Origin: the human T2T-CHM13v2.0 reference genome, Homo sapiens
Reading direction: 5' to 3' (one strand)
NCBI RefSeq assembly: GCF_009914755.1
Contig: NC_060925.1
Length of the DNA: 64,000 bases
Made by a program: the position numbers and the translations under genes. This document shows positions 42,201 to 56,275 of the stretch, one piece after another. Under the pieces are notes generated by a model. That model had not been told where the DNA came from. It did no database searches and saw only the letters and a list, made by a program, of their open reading frames with translations. Position 1 is the first letter of the stretch. Each line of letters opens with the position of its first letter.

Positions 42201-42451
42201 GGCTGCTTCAACTGAATACTGCAGATGAGGTGGCTTGAACAGCAGAAATTTATTGATCACAGTTCTGAAGGCTTGAAAGTCCAAGATCAAGGCACCTGCA
42301 GATCTGGTGTCCGGTGAGGATGCTCTTCTTGGTTTGCAGGTGGCTGTGTCTTACATGGATGGCTGTGTCTTACTTGGGTCCTTACATGGAAGAAGGCAGA
42401 CGGAGCAATCCCATGTCTTCCTCTTTTCTTTTTTAAACTTTTGAAACAGAT

Positions 42452-42744
42452 TTTTTTTTTTTTTGAGACAGGCTCTTGCTCTGTCACCCAGGCTACAGTG
42501 CAATGGCATGATCATGGCTCAGTGTAGCCTCAACTTCCTGGGTACAAGCAGTTCTCCCACCTCAGGCTCTTGAGTAGCTGGGACTACAGGTGTGAGCCAC
42601 TATACCTGACTAATTTTTGTGTTGTTGTAGAGACAGGGTTTTGCCATGTTGCCCAGGCTGGTCTCAAACTCCTGAGCTCAAGCAATCTGCCAACTCCAGC
42701 CTCCCAAAGTGCTGGGATTACAGGCATGAACCACGGCACCTGGC
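42452..42744 (-). mobile_element. AluJ
   Basis: Dimer with J features. Confidence 0.88.
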
Positions 42745-43239
42745 TTCCTCCTCTTTTCATAAGGGCACTATCCCATTCATGAAGGATCCACTGTCATGAC
42801 CTAATTATCACCCAGAATCCCCACCTCCAAGTCACACTGGGGACTTAAGCTTTAACACATACATTTTGGTGGACACAAATATTTAGTCTCTGTCTTTCTC
42901 ACTCTTTTGGACTCTGACATTTCCTCCTGTGTGGACACCATCTCTCCTCACCCTGCTCAGGCTCCATTACCCTGTACTCTCCCCACCCAACTCAGGCTCT
43001 GATAATTCTGCACTGGACCTGCCCTCTCTTCCCTTGTGAAGACAACTCACTTTAGTCTGGCCCTGACAGCCTACTCTGGGACACAACAACTACCTCCCTT
43101 TCCCCAGTGCAGAGGTCTAATTTGGCCCTATCTAATGGCTTTTGAATGGAATTGTTCAGGAAGGTAAGAGAAGAGGAAGAAGAGTAGGAAAAGGAAGAGT
43201 AAGCCCTTTATCAACTGACTTTCCAAGGCAGAAGCAGGA

Positions 43240-43972
<733 letters not shown>

Positions 43973-44256
43973 TTGTCTCTTTTGTGTCCCTTATGATGCC
44001 ATTGTAAATCTTTGTTAATATGACAATCCTGCAAGAACTTCACTTTCACAGGGGCCTCTACTTCTCTAGGTAATGTAGTAAACAAATATTTACTAAGTCA
44101 AAAGAGTGTTTATTAACTTACAGGCTATTTAGTCAAACAAGCAGGAATTTATTTAACTGATCTTTAATCTTTAATGTGCCTAACACTCCAGGATTTATGG
44201 GTAGGATATACAACATCATAGACATTGAACTATCCTTAAAAAATATACACACTTCA

Positions 44257-44420
44257 GCAGTGTTTTGAAATCAGAAGTATCAATCAGTATCACCAGGGGA
44301 GTCTTTTTTTCTCCAAATGACTGAGCTTCTCCCAGGGAAATTCATATTTGGTAGGTTTGAGTTGGAACCCTAGGAACCCACACTGTATAAAAGCTCCCTG
44401 GTTGATTTTGATTCACCAAC
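44257..44420. mobile_element. MER5-type hAT remnant
   Basis: CAGTGTTTT..ATCACCAGGG..AAAGCTCCCTGGTTGATTTTGAT. Confidence 0.5.
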
Positions 44421-44635
44421 ATGACAAGAGTATTTGAACTATTAGGTCTTAACCTCATGGTGCTGTCTATTTGAGTGGATGGATAACACAGACAATCAGG
44501 TAATTAGCAGAAATGTAGGGAGGTCCCATGGGTAGTGAAAAGAGCAGCAGGCTCAGAGGCCGTATAGTGAGGCCTAGAAGTCAGAAAAAAGGGGGCTAGC
44601 AACAGCTTAGCAAACCCTCTAAGAGTTTGGAACTA

Positions 44636-45145
<510 letters not shown>

Positions 45146-46280
45146 CTAATTATTACACCTGTATAGGAAAAATACGTGTACACTGAAGAAGATGGGTCGG
45201 GTTCAAACCTGAGCAGTGCTGGCCACTTTGGGCTGGTCTCTGCACATAGTAAAACATTCTCAAAGTCCTCTGTACCCATCTATCACCCCACTCATTATGG
45301 TGGCTGTTCCCCCCAAAGTTCTCCTCACTCTTTTTCCAGAATAATCCGACCCACCTGGCTCCTTTTACACTCCTCTCTAGTTCAACTCCTCTTGCCTTCT
45401 GAGTCTCTCTTTCCCTAGTTGCCATGTGTCTTGTAACGTTAACCTGATTAGCTTTTACCCTCTCCATTTCACCCATAGCCTAATCCCAAAAATAGAGAGT
45501 CGAGGAATTTTCTTTAGAATGCAGAGGGAAGGGAAAAGACTAAAGACATTCATATTTTTGTCCTTACCTAAAATATAAGAACTTTATTAGTTAAGGTTCT
45601 TTTGATATGAATATCCAAAATCAACTCAAGCTCTTTAAAGTCAAAAGAACAATTTATTGTATATACCCATGGAATCAGAAAGAGCTTGACTAAGCTGTCT
45701 GAAAGGGCAAGAATCAGGGCATCTTTAGGGGCTTAACATGAGATATTTGTGGGTCCTTCTTCTAGGATAGAAGTCCCAAACTTTTCACTGTGACCCACTG
45801 AAGAAGGGCAAAACTTTGAAACCTTTTAATTATTTCCAATTTCCAGAAGATAAAGTCCTATTACATGAATGATCACTGTACTATGTTGCAAAGGGGAATA
45901 TGCATACATATGCATGTAAAGGGTGTGATGATTGTTATTTGAACTGTAATGGATAGTTTCAAAGTCTAATTATTGAAAAATTGTAGGCCCCAAAGATCAC
46001 TATGCACAACAAACTGGTAATTCTAAAGCTGAATAAACATGAAACCAAATTTATAATAATTTATAATTAATGACCAATGTAAGCAAGCTATCAAAACCCA
46101 CAGCCAATTCAAAGCAACAATGGTGAAGCACTGAAAATAAAGTCCCGTTATTACCCCCAATTGCAGGAATTCCAACTCCCCGTGTGCCTGTGCACTGTGA
46201 GAGCACCCCAACGTTGAGGGCCTTGGCCTGGCAGGTAGCGTCCATAGCAGAATATAGAGTTAGAGTTCGTTGGACACTCT

Positions 46281-46501
46281 ATTTTTTTTTTCATTAAAAA
46301 AAATTTCAATAGATTTTTGGGAACAGATGGTGTTTTGTTACATGAGTAAGTTCTTTAGCGGTGATTTCTGAGATTTTGGTGAACCCGTCACCCGAGCAGT
46401 GTACACTGTGCCCAGTGTGTAGTCTTTTATTCCTCACCCACCTCCCACCCTTTCCCCCAAGTCCCCAAAGTCCATTTTATCATTCTTACTCCTTTGCATC
46501 A
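46281..46501 (-). mobile_element. 5'-truncated L1PB 3' end
   Basis: GTTACATGAGTAAGTTCTTTAGCGGTGATTTCTGAGATTTTGGTG; TSD GGACACTCT. Confidence 0.88.
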
Positions 46502-47717
46502 GGACACTCTTATAACAATCATTTTAATTGGTGAATTATAGATTTTAGAAACCCCTAATGACCATTTAGTACATTATTAGGAAATAGTCCCTCATGATAT
46601 ATAAAAATTTATGACTATGTATAAAAATCATTTGCACATGATAATTTTCATATGAGGATTTGCATTTTGGATTAGTTTGAAGCTCACCAGGAAGCTCCTG
46701 TAGTAATTTGGGAATCACTGCTCTGGAAATTTTCCATGAGCTTGTCTGAGCAACTAACAGCTCATCTTCCTCAGATCAAAATCTCCAATTCCCAAGGCTG
46801 AGATTCTTAGGGATCCAGCTTGAGCCAGGTGTCCACTCTGGACCAATCCTCTTTGGGGTTGGGAGAGTGGAGAAGAGAGGTGGCAGGACCTCTTAATAAA
46901 AAGATGTTTTGTTTGTCGGGACTGCCCTGTGGGTGGAGAGGGCAATTCCTGGAAGTGAGTGATAATATCCACAAGTAACAGCAACAATAAATACAGTGTC
47001 AAGGTCATAAAACTTATACCATACCTTGGCCTTCCAGAGGGAACTGTGATCTATTTATTTTTATTTTTCATTTTTAGAGACGCTGGCCCTTGAACTCCTA
47101 GCCTCAAGAGATCCTCAGGCCTCAGTCTTCCAAGTGTCTGAGATTGGAATCTTTATTTTTGTCTCCAGCCTTTGGGTAGCTTGAAGAAAACTCTAGATTC
47201 AGTTCAATTCAAGACAATGTAAACAACACATCTAGGAAGTATTCAATCTCTCTGTGTAAAAATACCTGGTCTCCCAGCTTTCAATGTCTTCTGGCCCCTC
47301 ACCCCCCATTCCCTACTGCCCCCTTGGAAGCATGCGATGGTGCCACTGGTTCCTGGAGTCTCCAGGGCTCTATCTCTTGTCCCTAGCCCGGTCACTGCTT
47401 GCATGGCTGAAGCTGGCAGCTAGAGGGATTTGTGATTTGGACTCTCAGCCTGGCCAGGACCCCACAGTCCTCCCTGGCAGACTCAGCTGTCCATTAGCGT
47501 TCTCGGTGGGGTGGAGCTCCCTAACCCTAGTGGTCTGCTCATGGTCTTCTCTGTGGTGGAACTCCAGGAAGGCAAAGCCTCTGGAACGGAGAGAAGCAAA
47601 TTACAGCCTGGTTCTGCCTAACAGGATACTGGGCCCTTATATTTGTGCTCTGCCACATGAGGTCTCTGTGTTCTTAGCCCTTTTCATTTCCTGGATATTT
47701 CAGAAGCTCAGTTCCAA

Positions 47718-48218
47718 CTGTGGTGTGTGTGTGGTAGGTGGCTTGAGAGGTGTGTGTGTGTGTGTGTATAATATGTATGTGGTGTGTATGTACATGTATG
47801 TAGGTGTATGATGTGTGTGTGTGTGGTGTGTCGTATATATATGGTATATGGTGTGTGTGATATGTAGTAAGTGTGGTGCAGTATGTGTGGTGTGTGTGTA
47901 TGTGTGGCATATATTGTGTATGTGTGGTGTGTGGTGTGTGCATGTGTGGTGTACATGGCATTTGTATGTATGGTATATGGTGTGTAAGTGCAGTGTGTGT
48001 ATGTGTGATATATGGTGTGTGGCATGTGTATGTGCAGTGTGTGTATGTGTAGTATATGGTATGTATGTGTAGTATATGGTGTGTATGTGTAGTATGTGAT
48101 GTGTGGTACATATATGGCATGTGTAGTAGGTTGTATGTGTAGTGTGGTGTGGTGTATGTGTGGCATATATTGTGCACGTGTGCTGTGTGTGTGTGTGGTA
48201 TGTGTGATCGTGTGTGAT
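47718..48218. repeat. ~500-bp degenerate (TG/TA)-rich simple repeat
   Basis: Mosaic of GT, GTAT and GTG units. Confidence 0.95.
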
Positions 48219-48409
48219 GGCGGACTGTTCTCTTTTCCCTCTCTTTTCCTCACCTCCTTTCCCCATTATCCCTCAGGACTGAAAGAAGGCTTTCCTTACT
48301 GGGTTCTATCCTCCACCTACCATAGAGAGAGCTTCATGGCTGCACGGGCACTCTAAAAGCTGGTTCCTGCAACACTAAAGGGGAAGATAAAGGAGTTTTG
48401 AAGATGATA

Positions 48410-48680
48410 GCCTGTGTTTATGGAATACTTGCTATGTTCCAGATACTTCCTAACTGCTTCTAAGTGTTATAGTGCTTGACATCTAGAAAGAATTCAATAA
48501 TATTATGTTTTGCATGTATTAGCTCATTAACTTCTCACAGCAATCCCCAGAGGTCAGTGCTATTATTACCCCATTTTACAGATAAGGAGACTAAGTCCTA
48601 GAGAAATTCAGTAACTTGTTCAAGGTCACACAACTGGTAAATGGCAGAACCTGGACTCAGCCCAGATATTTTGCCTCTAA
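48410..48680 (-). mobile_element. MIR
   Basis: CCCATTTTACAGATAAGGAGACT..GTAACTTGTTCAAGGTCACACA. Confidence 0.8.
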
Positions 48681-50769
48681 TTTTCTCATTTTAGTCAATT
48701 GGCAATTCCACCTCTCTCAAGACAATAGCCTGAATCTAAAAATTAGTGCCTTGCAGAGAAATCTCATTTTAAATGTCAATAGCAGAATATTAGCTCTTTA
48801 TTTCTTTTTGCATTATTCTGCCTATGCAATTTAATCTCTCCCAAGGCAGAGGAATGCTTGGGGCCAATTGAGGGAAAAGGTCATATTCTCTGAAACACAA
48901 AAGAGAAAAACACATTAATAATTTTTCCAAATAGTGCCCTCTTTACAATAATAATAAAAACAATAGTAATGACATAGAAGCAGAAAAATAGGACTGTGAC
49001 AGGGCAAACATGGAGAGCTCTTGGCCAAGCCAACTCACCACTCTCTCCTCCACAAGGCTCTTCTGATGAACTAACAGGGCCTCAGCCAAGAGGTGTCCCA
49101 GGATGATGAAAATCCCCTAGAACTGCTAGAGCTTCACTGCTCACCAAGGCACATTCTGCCCATGAGGCTTGTTGAATTTCTCAGCTACAAAGAGAAGATG
49201 CCCCATTAGGTGCACTCAAGAAGACTGTCTTGTTTGACAGTTGTTTTTTAGGGTAACTAAATAGACTGGTATCCTGTGGCTTGGGTAACAGGAGCTACCC
49301 CTTTTGCTTCTGAAAAAGTTAAGTTTCTGAACCAACAAGACTAAAGACAAGATGTAGGGGATGGTAAATTAACCAAGACAAACACCCTCTCATGGGACCC
49401 AACTGGGCAGCCAGGCATTCCTATGGCTCCCCTGCTCTGTCTCTGTGTGAGGCTGGGGTCCCTGGACAGAAAAGCCTGAGACAAAGGCTGAAATGCGAGG
49501 ATTTCCTGGGAGACTGCATGAGTGAGAGTCAGAGCGGGTGAAGCAGGATGGAGGGAGAGCTCACTCAAAGACATACTGGCAAGTGAGCTACTCGCTGATT
49601 GCCTGGTTGCATAGGACTGCCTGAGAAGCCATCTGACAAGCTCTCAGAATTGTCTATCTGGAGGAAAGAAAGAGAAGCATTCAGTTAGTTCCCATCCCTC
49701 TTTGGTTGAGGTTTGTCCCTCCACAAACTGGCCTATGTTAACTCCCGGGCATTTCCAGGTTCCCCTCAACACAGGTAGGAGCCCTGGATGGGAAGAGAGC
49801 AGGGCTGGGGTGATGGGGATCAGGTTTGAGCTGAAGATGCTCTCAGCTCACTGAGGACTGATGGCTGCATGAAAAGGGGGAGGTAAGGCCAAGAGTGTCT
49901 GGGAGATGCAAAAGAGGTGTGTGTGGATGCGCCTTCTTCAAACTGCACAACTGGCAGTGTGAGCTCCGCAGGTCACCTCAGCCTTCTGGGTGTTAACTTT
50001 CCTCATCCATAAAGGTGGGGCCAGGGAGATGCTCAGCATGGAACAAAACATCCAAATGAGACCCAAGGAGAAAGCGTGGATTGGGTACCATCCCAGCGGG
50101 TAGGAGAAGACTGCCAGGGAAGGCGTGTCTTGGGGGTCAAGTGAAGGAGGTAAGGCTGAGTCGAAGGCCTGGGAAGGCTCTCAGGATAGGAGGACAATGG
50201 AAGCTCAGTTTGAGTAAAACAGCAAGTGATTGGGGGATTGAGGAGGTGGCAGCCTTCGATGTGTAGTGTGATGTGAAGTGTGGCCAGAAGTGTGGGCTCT
50301 GATTCTAGCTCTGCCACTGACAGTGTGACCTTGGACTTCCACCATCCACCAGCTCCAGGTGCCAGTTCTCCATCTGTAAAGAGAAGGAGGTATTTAGGGC
50401 TCTTAGAGTTTTGGGTGTTTCCTCACAGCAACATGGGTAAGAGCAGAGGGACCTCACTGGATGGAACTGGTGCTTGGCAGCTGACCCTGCTATGGGGGTG
50501 GATGTGGTCTTTTTACCCCCACAGAACTAGGTATGGATGTCTTTACTGATGTGGCAGGTAGATATTCAGTTCTAAGATTCCTGATGAAATAGCAGGATTT
50601 CAACAGATAGTAGAGCTGAGAGGAAGCTGGACTAAGTAACAGCTGGCACCAGAGAGGTGGTTCTGGGGTTAGTCAAGCCCAGATATCTAGCAAGGCTTCA
50701 TGGTCTGGGCTCCTTTATGTGGGAGGAGGGCTCATTTGTACAAGTAAGGCAGGCCTTTAATCAGTCCTT

Positions 50770-51211
50770 CCAGGTGGCTACTGTGGCAGCAGTGGTAGCT
50801 GATCACCAAAGATGCAAGCTCTCCTTTCACAGTGTAGAGGTATTGTTAGGATGCAGTTGTCTAGTTATATACCATGCTCCTCAATCCACTGTCTTCAGCT
50901 GCACCCATAGGACTAGCACTGAGCAAAAGAATGTAAGCAGAAATAATGTGTGCCATTTATAAGCTGAGGAGATGAATTATCAGCTGTGCCTTACTCCACT
51001 CTTTTCCCCTTCCAAGACTTAGAGACTGCATGTTGAAAATGATAGCATTACAAGATGGAAGGAGCCTGGATCCCTGAGTCACTGGTTGGAGGAGAGTTGC
51101 CCAGAAATATTCTCATTAGACTTTTCATGAGCAAGAAATAAAGTTGTTTTCTGTTAACCCAATGATATTTTGAGTTGTTGTCATGACAGTTAACTTATCC
51201 TATCTAATACA
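50770..51211 (+). mobile_element. MLT1 (J/H-like) LTR
   Basis: AAGATGGAAGGAGCCTGGATCCCTGAGTCAC..GAGCAAGAAATAAA..CTAATACA. Confidence 0.7.
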
Positions 51212-51799
51212 GCTATCTTAGACACCTTAAATGAGCCCCAAAGCAGAAGGACAGTTATTTGGAGACATGAAACTTGGAGAACCTAAAGATGAGCTCATTG
51301 ATCAATCTTAGATAATATTTATTACTAATACATGCCAGACTTTCTTCTTGGTTCTAAGGATACAATGTTAGGATGACAAAGTCCACACTCTTGTGAGACT
51401 TGCCTGCCAGTGAAGGGAGACAGATAACAAGCTGACATGCTAAATGCATGATTTGTAGGCTCAAAGTATAACTTATTTTGTTATCCACCGTCTATTTGAA
51501 GTATACTCAGTGGTCGTGATCTGTTCCTATACTGGAAATGTGGGTAGATTCCATGATTGTTCTGCCCACTCCTAGGTGATAGACAATCCTTTGGTCACTT
51601 TAAGTTGTAAAGACAGCCTCAGTTTAAAAACTGGAATGTCCGATGGAAAACAATGATTAAGTGCTTTTATTTTATCCAAAAGTTGAGTTAGCACCTTTGA
51701 ATTATGGCCTATAGTTGATGGCATCCTGACTGTAGGAAGGGAAGATAGTTTTTTTTCTCTCTTATTTTATCTTCTCTCCCATCTTCCCTCTTGCTGGCT

Positions 51800-52772
51800 T
51801 GTGGGGAAAAGAAAGAGAGATCAGATTGTTACTGTGTCTGTGTAGAAAGAAGTAGACATGGGAGACTCCATTTTGTTCTGTATTAAGAGAAATTCTTCTG
51901 CCTTGAGATGCTGTTAATCTGTAACCTTACCCGCAACCCTGTGCTCTCTGAAACATGTGCTGCGTCCACTCAGGGTTAAATGGATTAAAGGCTGTGCAAG
52001 ATGTGCTTTGTTAAACAGATGCTTGAAGGCAGCATGCTCTTTTAAGAGTCATCACCACTCCCTAATCTCAAGTACCCAGGGACATAAACACTGCAGAAGG
52101 AAGGCCGCAGGGACCTCTGCCTAGGAAAGCCAGGTATTGTCCAAGGTTTCTCCCCACGTGATAGTCTGAAATATGGCCTCGTGGGAAGGGAAAGACCTGA
52201 CCATCCCCCAGCCTGACATCCGTAAAGGGTCTGTGCTGAGGAGGATTAGTATAAGAGGAAGGAACGCCTCTTTGCAGTTGAGACAAGAGGAAGACATCTG
52301 TCTCCTGCCCGTCCCTGGGCAATGGAATGTCTCGGTATAAAACCCGATTGTATGTTCCATCTACTGAGATAGGGGAAAACTGCCTTAGGGCTGGAGGTGG
52401 GACAGGCGGGCAGCAATACTGCTCTTTAAGGCATTGAGATGTTTATGTGTATGCATATCTAAAGCACAGCATTTAATTCTTTACCTTGTTTATGATGCAG
52501 AGACCTTTGTTCACATGTTTATCTGCTGACCTTCTCTCCACTATTATCCTATGACCCTGCCACATCCCCCTCTCCGAGAAACACCCAAGAATGATCAATA
52601 AATACTAACGGAACTCAGAGGCCGGTGGGATCCTCCGTATGCTGAACGCTGGTCCCCTGGGCCCCCTTATTTCTTTCTCTATACTTTGTCTCTGTGTCTT
52701 TTTCTTTTCCAAGTCTCTTGTTCCACCTAACAAGAAACACCCACAGGTGTGGAGGGGCAACCCACCCCTTCA
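51800..52772 (+). mobile_element. HERV-K(HML-2) solo LTR (LTR5 family), 973 bp
   Basis: TGTGGGGAAAAGAAAGAGAGATCAGATTG...GGGGCAACCCACCCCTTCA; perfect 6-bp TSD CTGGCT. Confidence 0.96.
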
Positions 52773-53431
52773 CTGGCTGATATATTGCTTCTTTCAAAGG
52801 GGTAGTGTGTGTGAGGGGGTGCTGGTGGTGGTAAGGGGATGGGGCAGTCCTTGCTAGACTGGCCTGGGAGATTTTGTGTTCTTTGGGCCTGGTAGATGGT
52901 TAAAGCCGGGTGGATGCATCTTAATTGTGAGAGTTTATTTGCTATTCTTTGTTAGCCCCTAGGAAGAATAGGCCTCTACTTTCAGCTTCTTCTTGCTGGA
53001 ATTACTGCATCTTCTAGGTGCCCACATTGAGCAGAACCCAAGACAACGGCTCTCTGATTTTTCTTGCATGGTCCATATTAGTCCATAGAATATATTCAAG
53101 CATCTGTCTTCATAACAGGCTCTGAAAATGCAGACTGGGACCAATATAACACCCTCTTTCCTGTTTTCCCAGACTAACCACTTAAGTTTTTTCAGTGAGT
53201 CAAGCCCAAGTTCAATATCTAACACTCCTCCCATCTCACCAACTTGAGAGAACACACAGGATGCTCTCTAAATGGTCCTCTAAAGCCCTCTCACTCCAGG
53301 ATTGAAGGAGGTAACACCCTCCTTCCCCATTTTTAACCCTTTCCCTTGGGTAGAAGAAGTTGACTCTCATAAGATAGCAATAACTCCTTCCAAAGAAATC
53401 CTCCATTCTGAAGACTCCCATGTATGCACAT

Positions 53432-53760
53432 TGATATGATTTCGCTCTGTGTCCCCACCCAAATCTCACATTGAATTTTAATCCCCAGTGGTGGAGGAGG
53501 GGCCTGGTGGGAGGTGATTTGATCATGGGGGCAGATTTCCTCCTTGCTGTTCTTGTGATAGTAAGTTCTCATGAGATCTGGTTGCTTAAAAGTGTGTAGC
53601 ACTTCTCTCTTTGCTCTTTCTTCTGGTGGCCACATGAGACTTGCCTGCTTCCCGTTGGCCTTCTGCCATGATTGTAAGTTTCCTGAGGTCTCCTCAGCCA
53701 TGCTACCTGTATAGCCTGTGAAACTGTTAGTCAATTAAGCTTCTTTTCTTCAGAAATTTC
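53432..53760 (+). mobile_element. MSTB-like LTR, 3' truncated
   Basis: TGATATGATTTCGCTCTGTGTCCCCACCCAAATCTCA.. Confidence 0.88.
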
Positions 53761-53761
53761 T

Positions 53762-53989
53762 TCATGGTGGAAGGGATCTCTTCACAGGGCAGCAGGAGAC
53801 AGAAGAAGTGAGCAAGAGGAAGTACCAAACACTTATAAAACCATCAGATGGTGTAAGAACTCACTATCACAAAACAGCATTGGGGAAACTGCCCCCATGA
53901 CACAACACCTCCCACCAGGTCTCCCCTCAACACCTGGGGATAACAATTCAAGATAAGATTTGGGTGGGACACAGAGCCAAATAATATCA
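53762..53989 (-). mobile_element. MSTA/THE1-like LTR 5' part, opposite orientation
   Basis: ..GATTTGGGTGGGACACAGAGCCAAATAATATCA. Confidence 0.85.
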
Positions 53990-54676
53990 GCATGGTAAGG
54001 TTTATGGGTTTAATTCTAACTGCAAAGGCAAGCTGTTGGGGGGCAGGAGGGTTGAAGCAGGGAATGACCTGATCAATTTATATTTTAAAGAGGATAATCA
54101 ATGACATGAAAAGAAAGAAGGGAGGACTACTATTGAATGAAAGAGGCTTAATGGACATAAGCAAACACTATGTTTAGATTTAGTTTGGATCCTTATTGAA
54201 ACAAACTAATTGTAAAAAGAGATCTTTGAGACGACCTAGGAAATTTGAATATGGGCTTGGTATTAGATAGGTTATATTACATAATTATCATTTATTTTGT
54301 TAAGTGTGATAATAGCATGCTTTGGGGCTAAAAGAAAGTCTGTTAAGCATATACTGAGAGTGACAAAAAGACAAACAAGAAATAAGAAAGTCTGTATTAG
54401 TTGGAGATGTGGAAGTGGCAATGTGGAAGTGGCAATGGGTGATGTGTTATGATGACTAGGATTTGCTTTATTTCAGAAAATAATTAAATAATTGGGGCTT
54501 TATTATACTATACTTTTATATATATTTTTAAAATGCATATTAAAAATTACAAAGGAAAGGATCTGTCTGTTGTGTGGAGAATGCACTGCGGGGGAAAGAG
54601 TGGAAGCAGAGACCAGTTAGGAGCCCTTACAGCAAGCCAAAGAGAGGGGAGAGATGATGGTGACTTAAAGTGGTAG

Positions 54677-55686
54677 TCATGGCAGTGGCAGCCTGTCTGG
54701 AGTTGCCACTGCCATCATGCCAGCTGCAGCAGGGAGGTGTGGCTGGGGCTGCCCACTCCATGGAGCCAGCAGGAGCTGGGGACAAGTGGGAGCCCTGCCC
54801 CTTCAGGCCAGAGAGGGCCTGAAGGCTGGGTGGGGGCCAGGCTGCCAGTCCCACAGACCAGAGTGGGAGCTTGTGGTGCCTCTTTTGGGCCTGCCCATGG
54901 CTGCCCAGGGACCAATCAGCATGCACTTCCTCCCCACTGAGGCTCATAAAAGCCCTGGGCTCAGCCAAAGCTGAGCAGATGTCAGGATGACCAGCTGCAG
55001 AGAGGAGCTACCACTCCAGGGCCTCCTCTGAACCATTCAGTCACTCAATAAAGCTTCTCTTTGCTTTGCTTACCATCCACTTGTCCATGTACCTCATTCT
55101 TCCTGGACTCAAGACAAGAACTTGGGACCTGCTGAATGGCAAGGCTGAAAGGGCTATAACACAAACAGGGCTGAAACATGCCCCTTGCTCACCACATTGC
55201 AGGTAAAGAGAAGGAGAGAAGAGCTGCAGCCCTATGGGGAGCCCAGACATGGGAACTCCCCGAGCCAGAGCTGTGACTCACTCTTTGGGGCCTTGTGGTT
55301 CCTGGAATCTCCAAGCTTCTGGTTGCTGCTGTGTTTCCCAGTGGCAGTTGTGGAAGCTGCTTGCTGTGCACCTGATCCAGCTGCAGCCCTGCAGAGAGTC
55401 TGCACCCATACTATCACCTGGAGCTGCCTGTCCCCTGTAGCAGCTGGCATGCCTGATTGTGTGCAGTGCCAGACCCCATGCTTGCTTGCTTACATACTCC
55501 TCACCGCTCCATGCCTGGCTCCCCCTTGGCAGGTGTGGGATCCAGGCTGGTATCATGAGCTGAGTGCAGTGTGCCAGGCTGAGTGGGTGGAATGAGTCCA
55601 GTGGGTCTGAGCAAAACTTGGGCAAAGGTAACACTGATCACGGAGGTTTCCGGCCAGAAGAGTGACACCCCAAAAACCCTGCAATG
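54677..55686 (+). mobile_element. MER52-family solo LTR (internally shortened)
   Basis: TCATGGCAGTGGCAGCCTGTCTGGAG..GGACCAATCAGCATGCACTTCCTCCC..CCCTGCAA; TSD GTAG. Confidence 0.85.
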
Positions 55687-55897
55687 GTAGGAGTTGGGTT
55701 GGAGCTGGAAATGGAGATAGTTTAGAGATAGAGCCAACAGCACTTGTAGATTGGATGTGAGAGATATAATAGTGGCCCAGCTAAGACTAAAATGAAAGTG
55801 ACTTTGAGCACAATGTGAGGCCCATTTTTCCATACTAGGGCTTGCATTCTCAAATTAATCCCCACCAGATTAAAGGATGATGGGAAAACGGGGAACT

Positions 55898-55945
55898 AAT
55901 ACATATATATCTATCTAAATCTATCTATCTATCTATGTATCTATG

Positions 55946-55992
<47 letters not shown>

Positions 55993-55993
55993 A
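55898..55993. repeat. Compound (TCTA)n/(TGTA) tetranucleotide STR in Alu tail
   Basis: Directly visible. Confidence 0.95.
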
Positions 55994-56275
55994 TTTTGAG
56001 ATAGAGTCTTGCTCTGTTGCCTAGGCTGGAGTGCAGTGGTGCAATCTCAGCTCACTGCAACCTCCACTTCCAGGGTTCAGGTTGATCCTCCCACCTTAGA
56101 CTCCAGAGTAGCTGGGACTACAGGTGCATGCCACCACACCCACCTAATTAATTTTTTGTAAAGCCAGGGTTTCACCATGTTGCCCAGGTTGGTCTCAAAC
56201 TTCTGAGCTCAAGCGATCTGCCTGCCTCTGCCTCCAAAGTGCTGGGATTTCAGGCATGCACCACTGCACCCAGCC
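55994..56275 (-). mobile_element. AluJ/S
   Basis: Dimer. Confidence 0.88.

Larger units (their letters stand above)
41642..42890 (-). mobile_element. MLT1A/MSTD-like LTR hosting MLT2 and Alu
   Basis: TGTCTTAGTTTGGGCTG | GGCTG..GAAATTTATTGATCACAGTTCTG..GTCCAAGATCAAGG. Confidence 0.75.

Noticed and set aside
47284-47811. 175-aa ORF
   Set aside because: No homology recognised; its end is simple repeat.
47674-48266. His/Thr-rich (minus) and Cys/Val-rich (plus) ORFs up to 188 aa
   Set aside because: Translations of the TG/CA simple repeat, open in several frames.
54627-55833. Cluster of overlapping ORFs on both strands
   Set aside because: GC-rich MER52 LTR is poor in stop codons.
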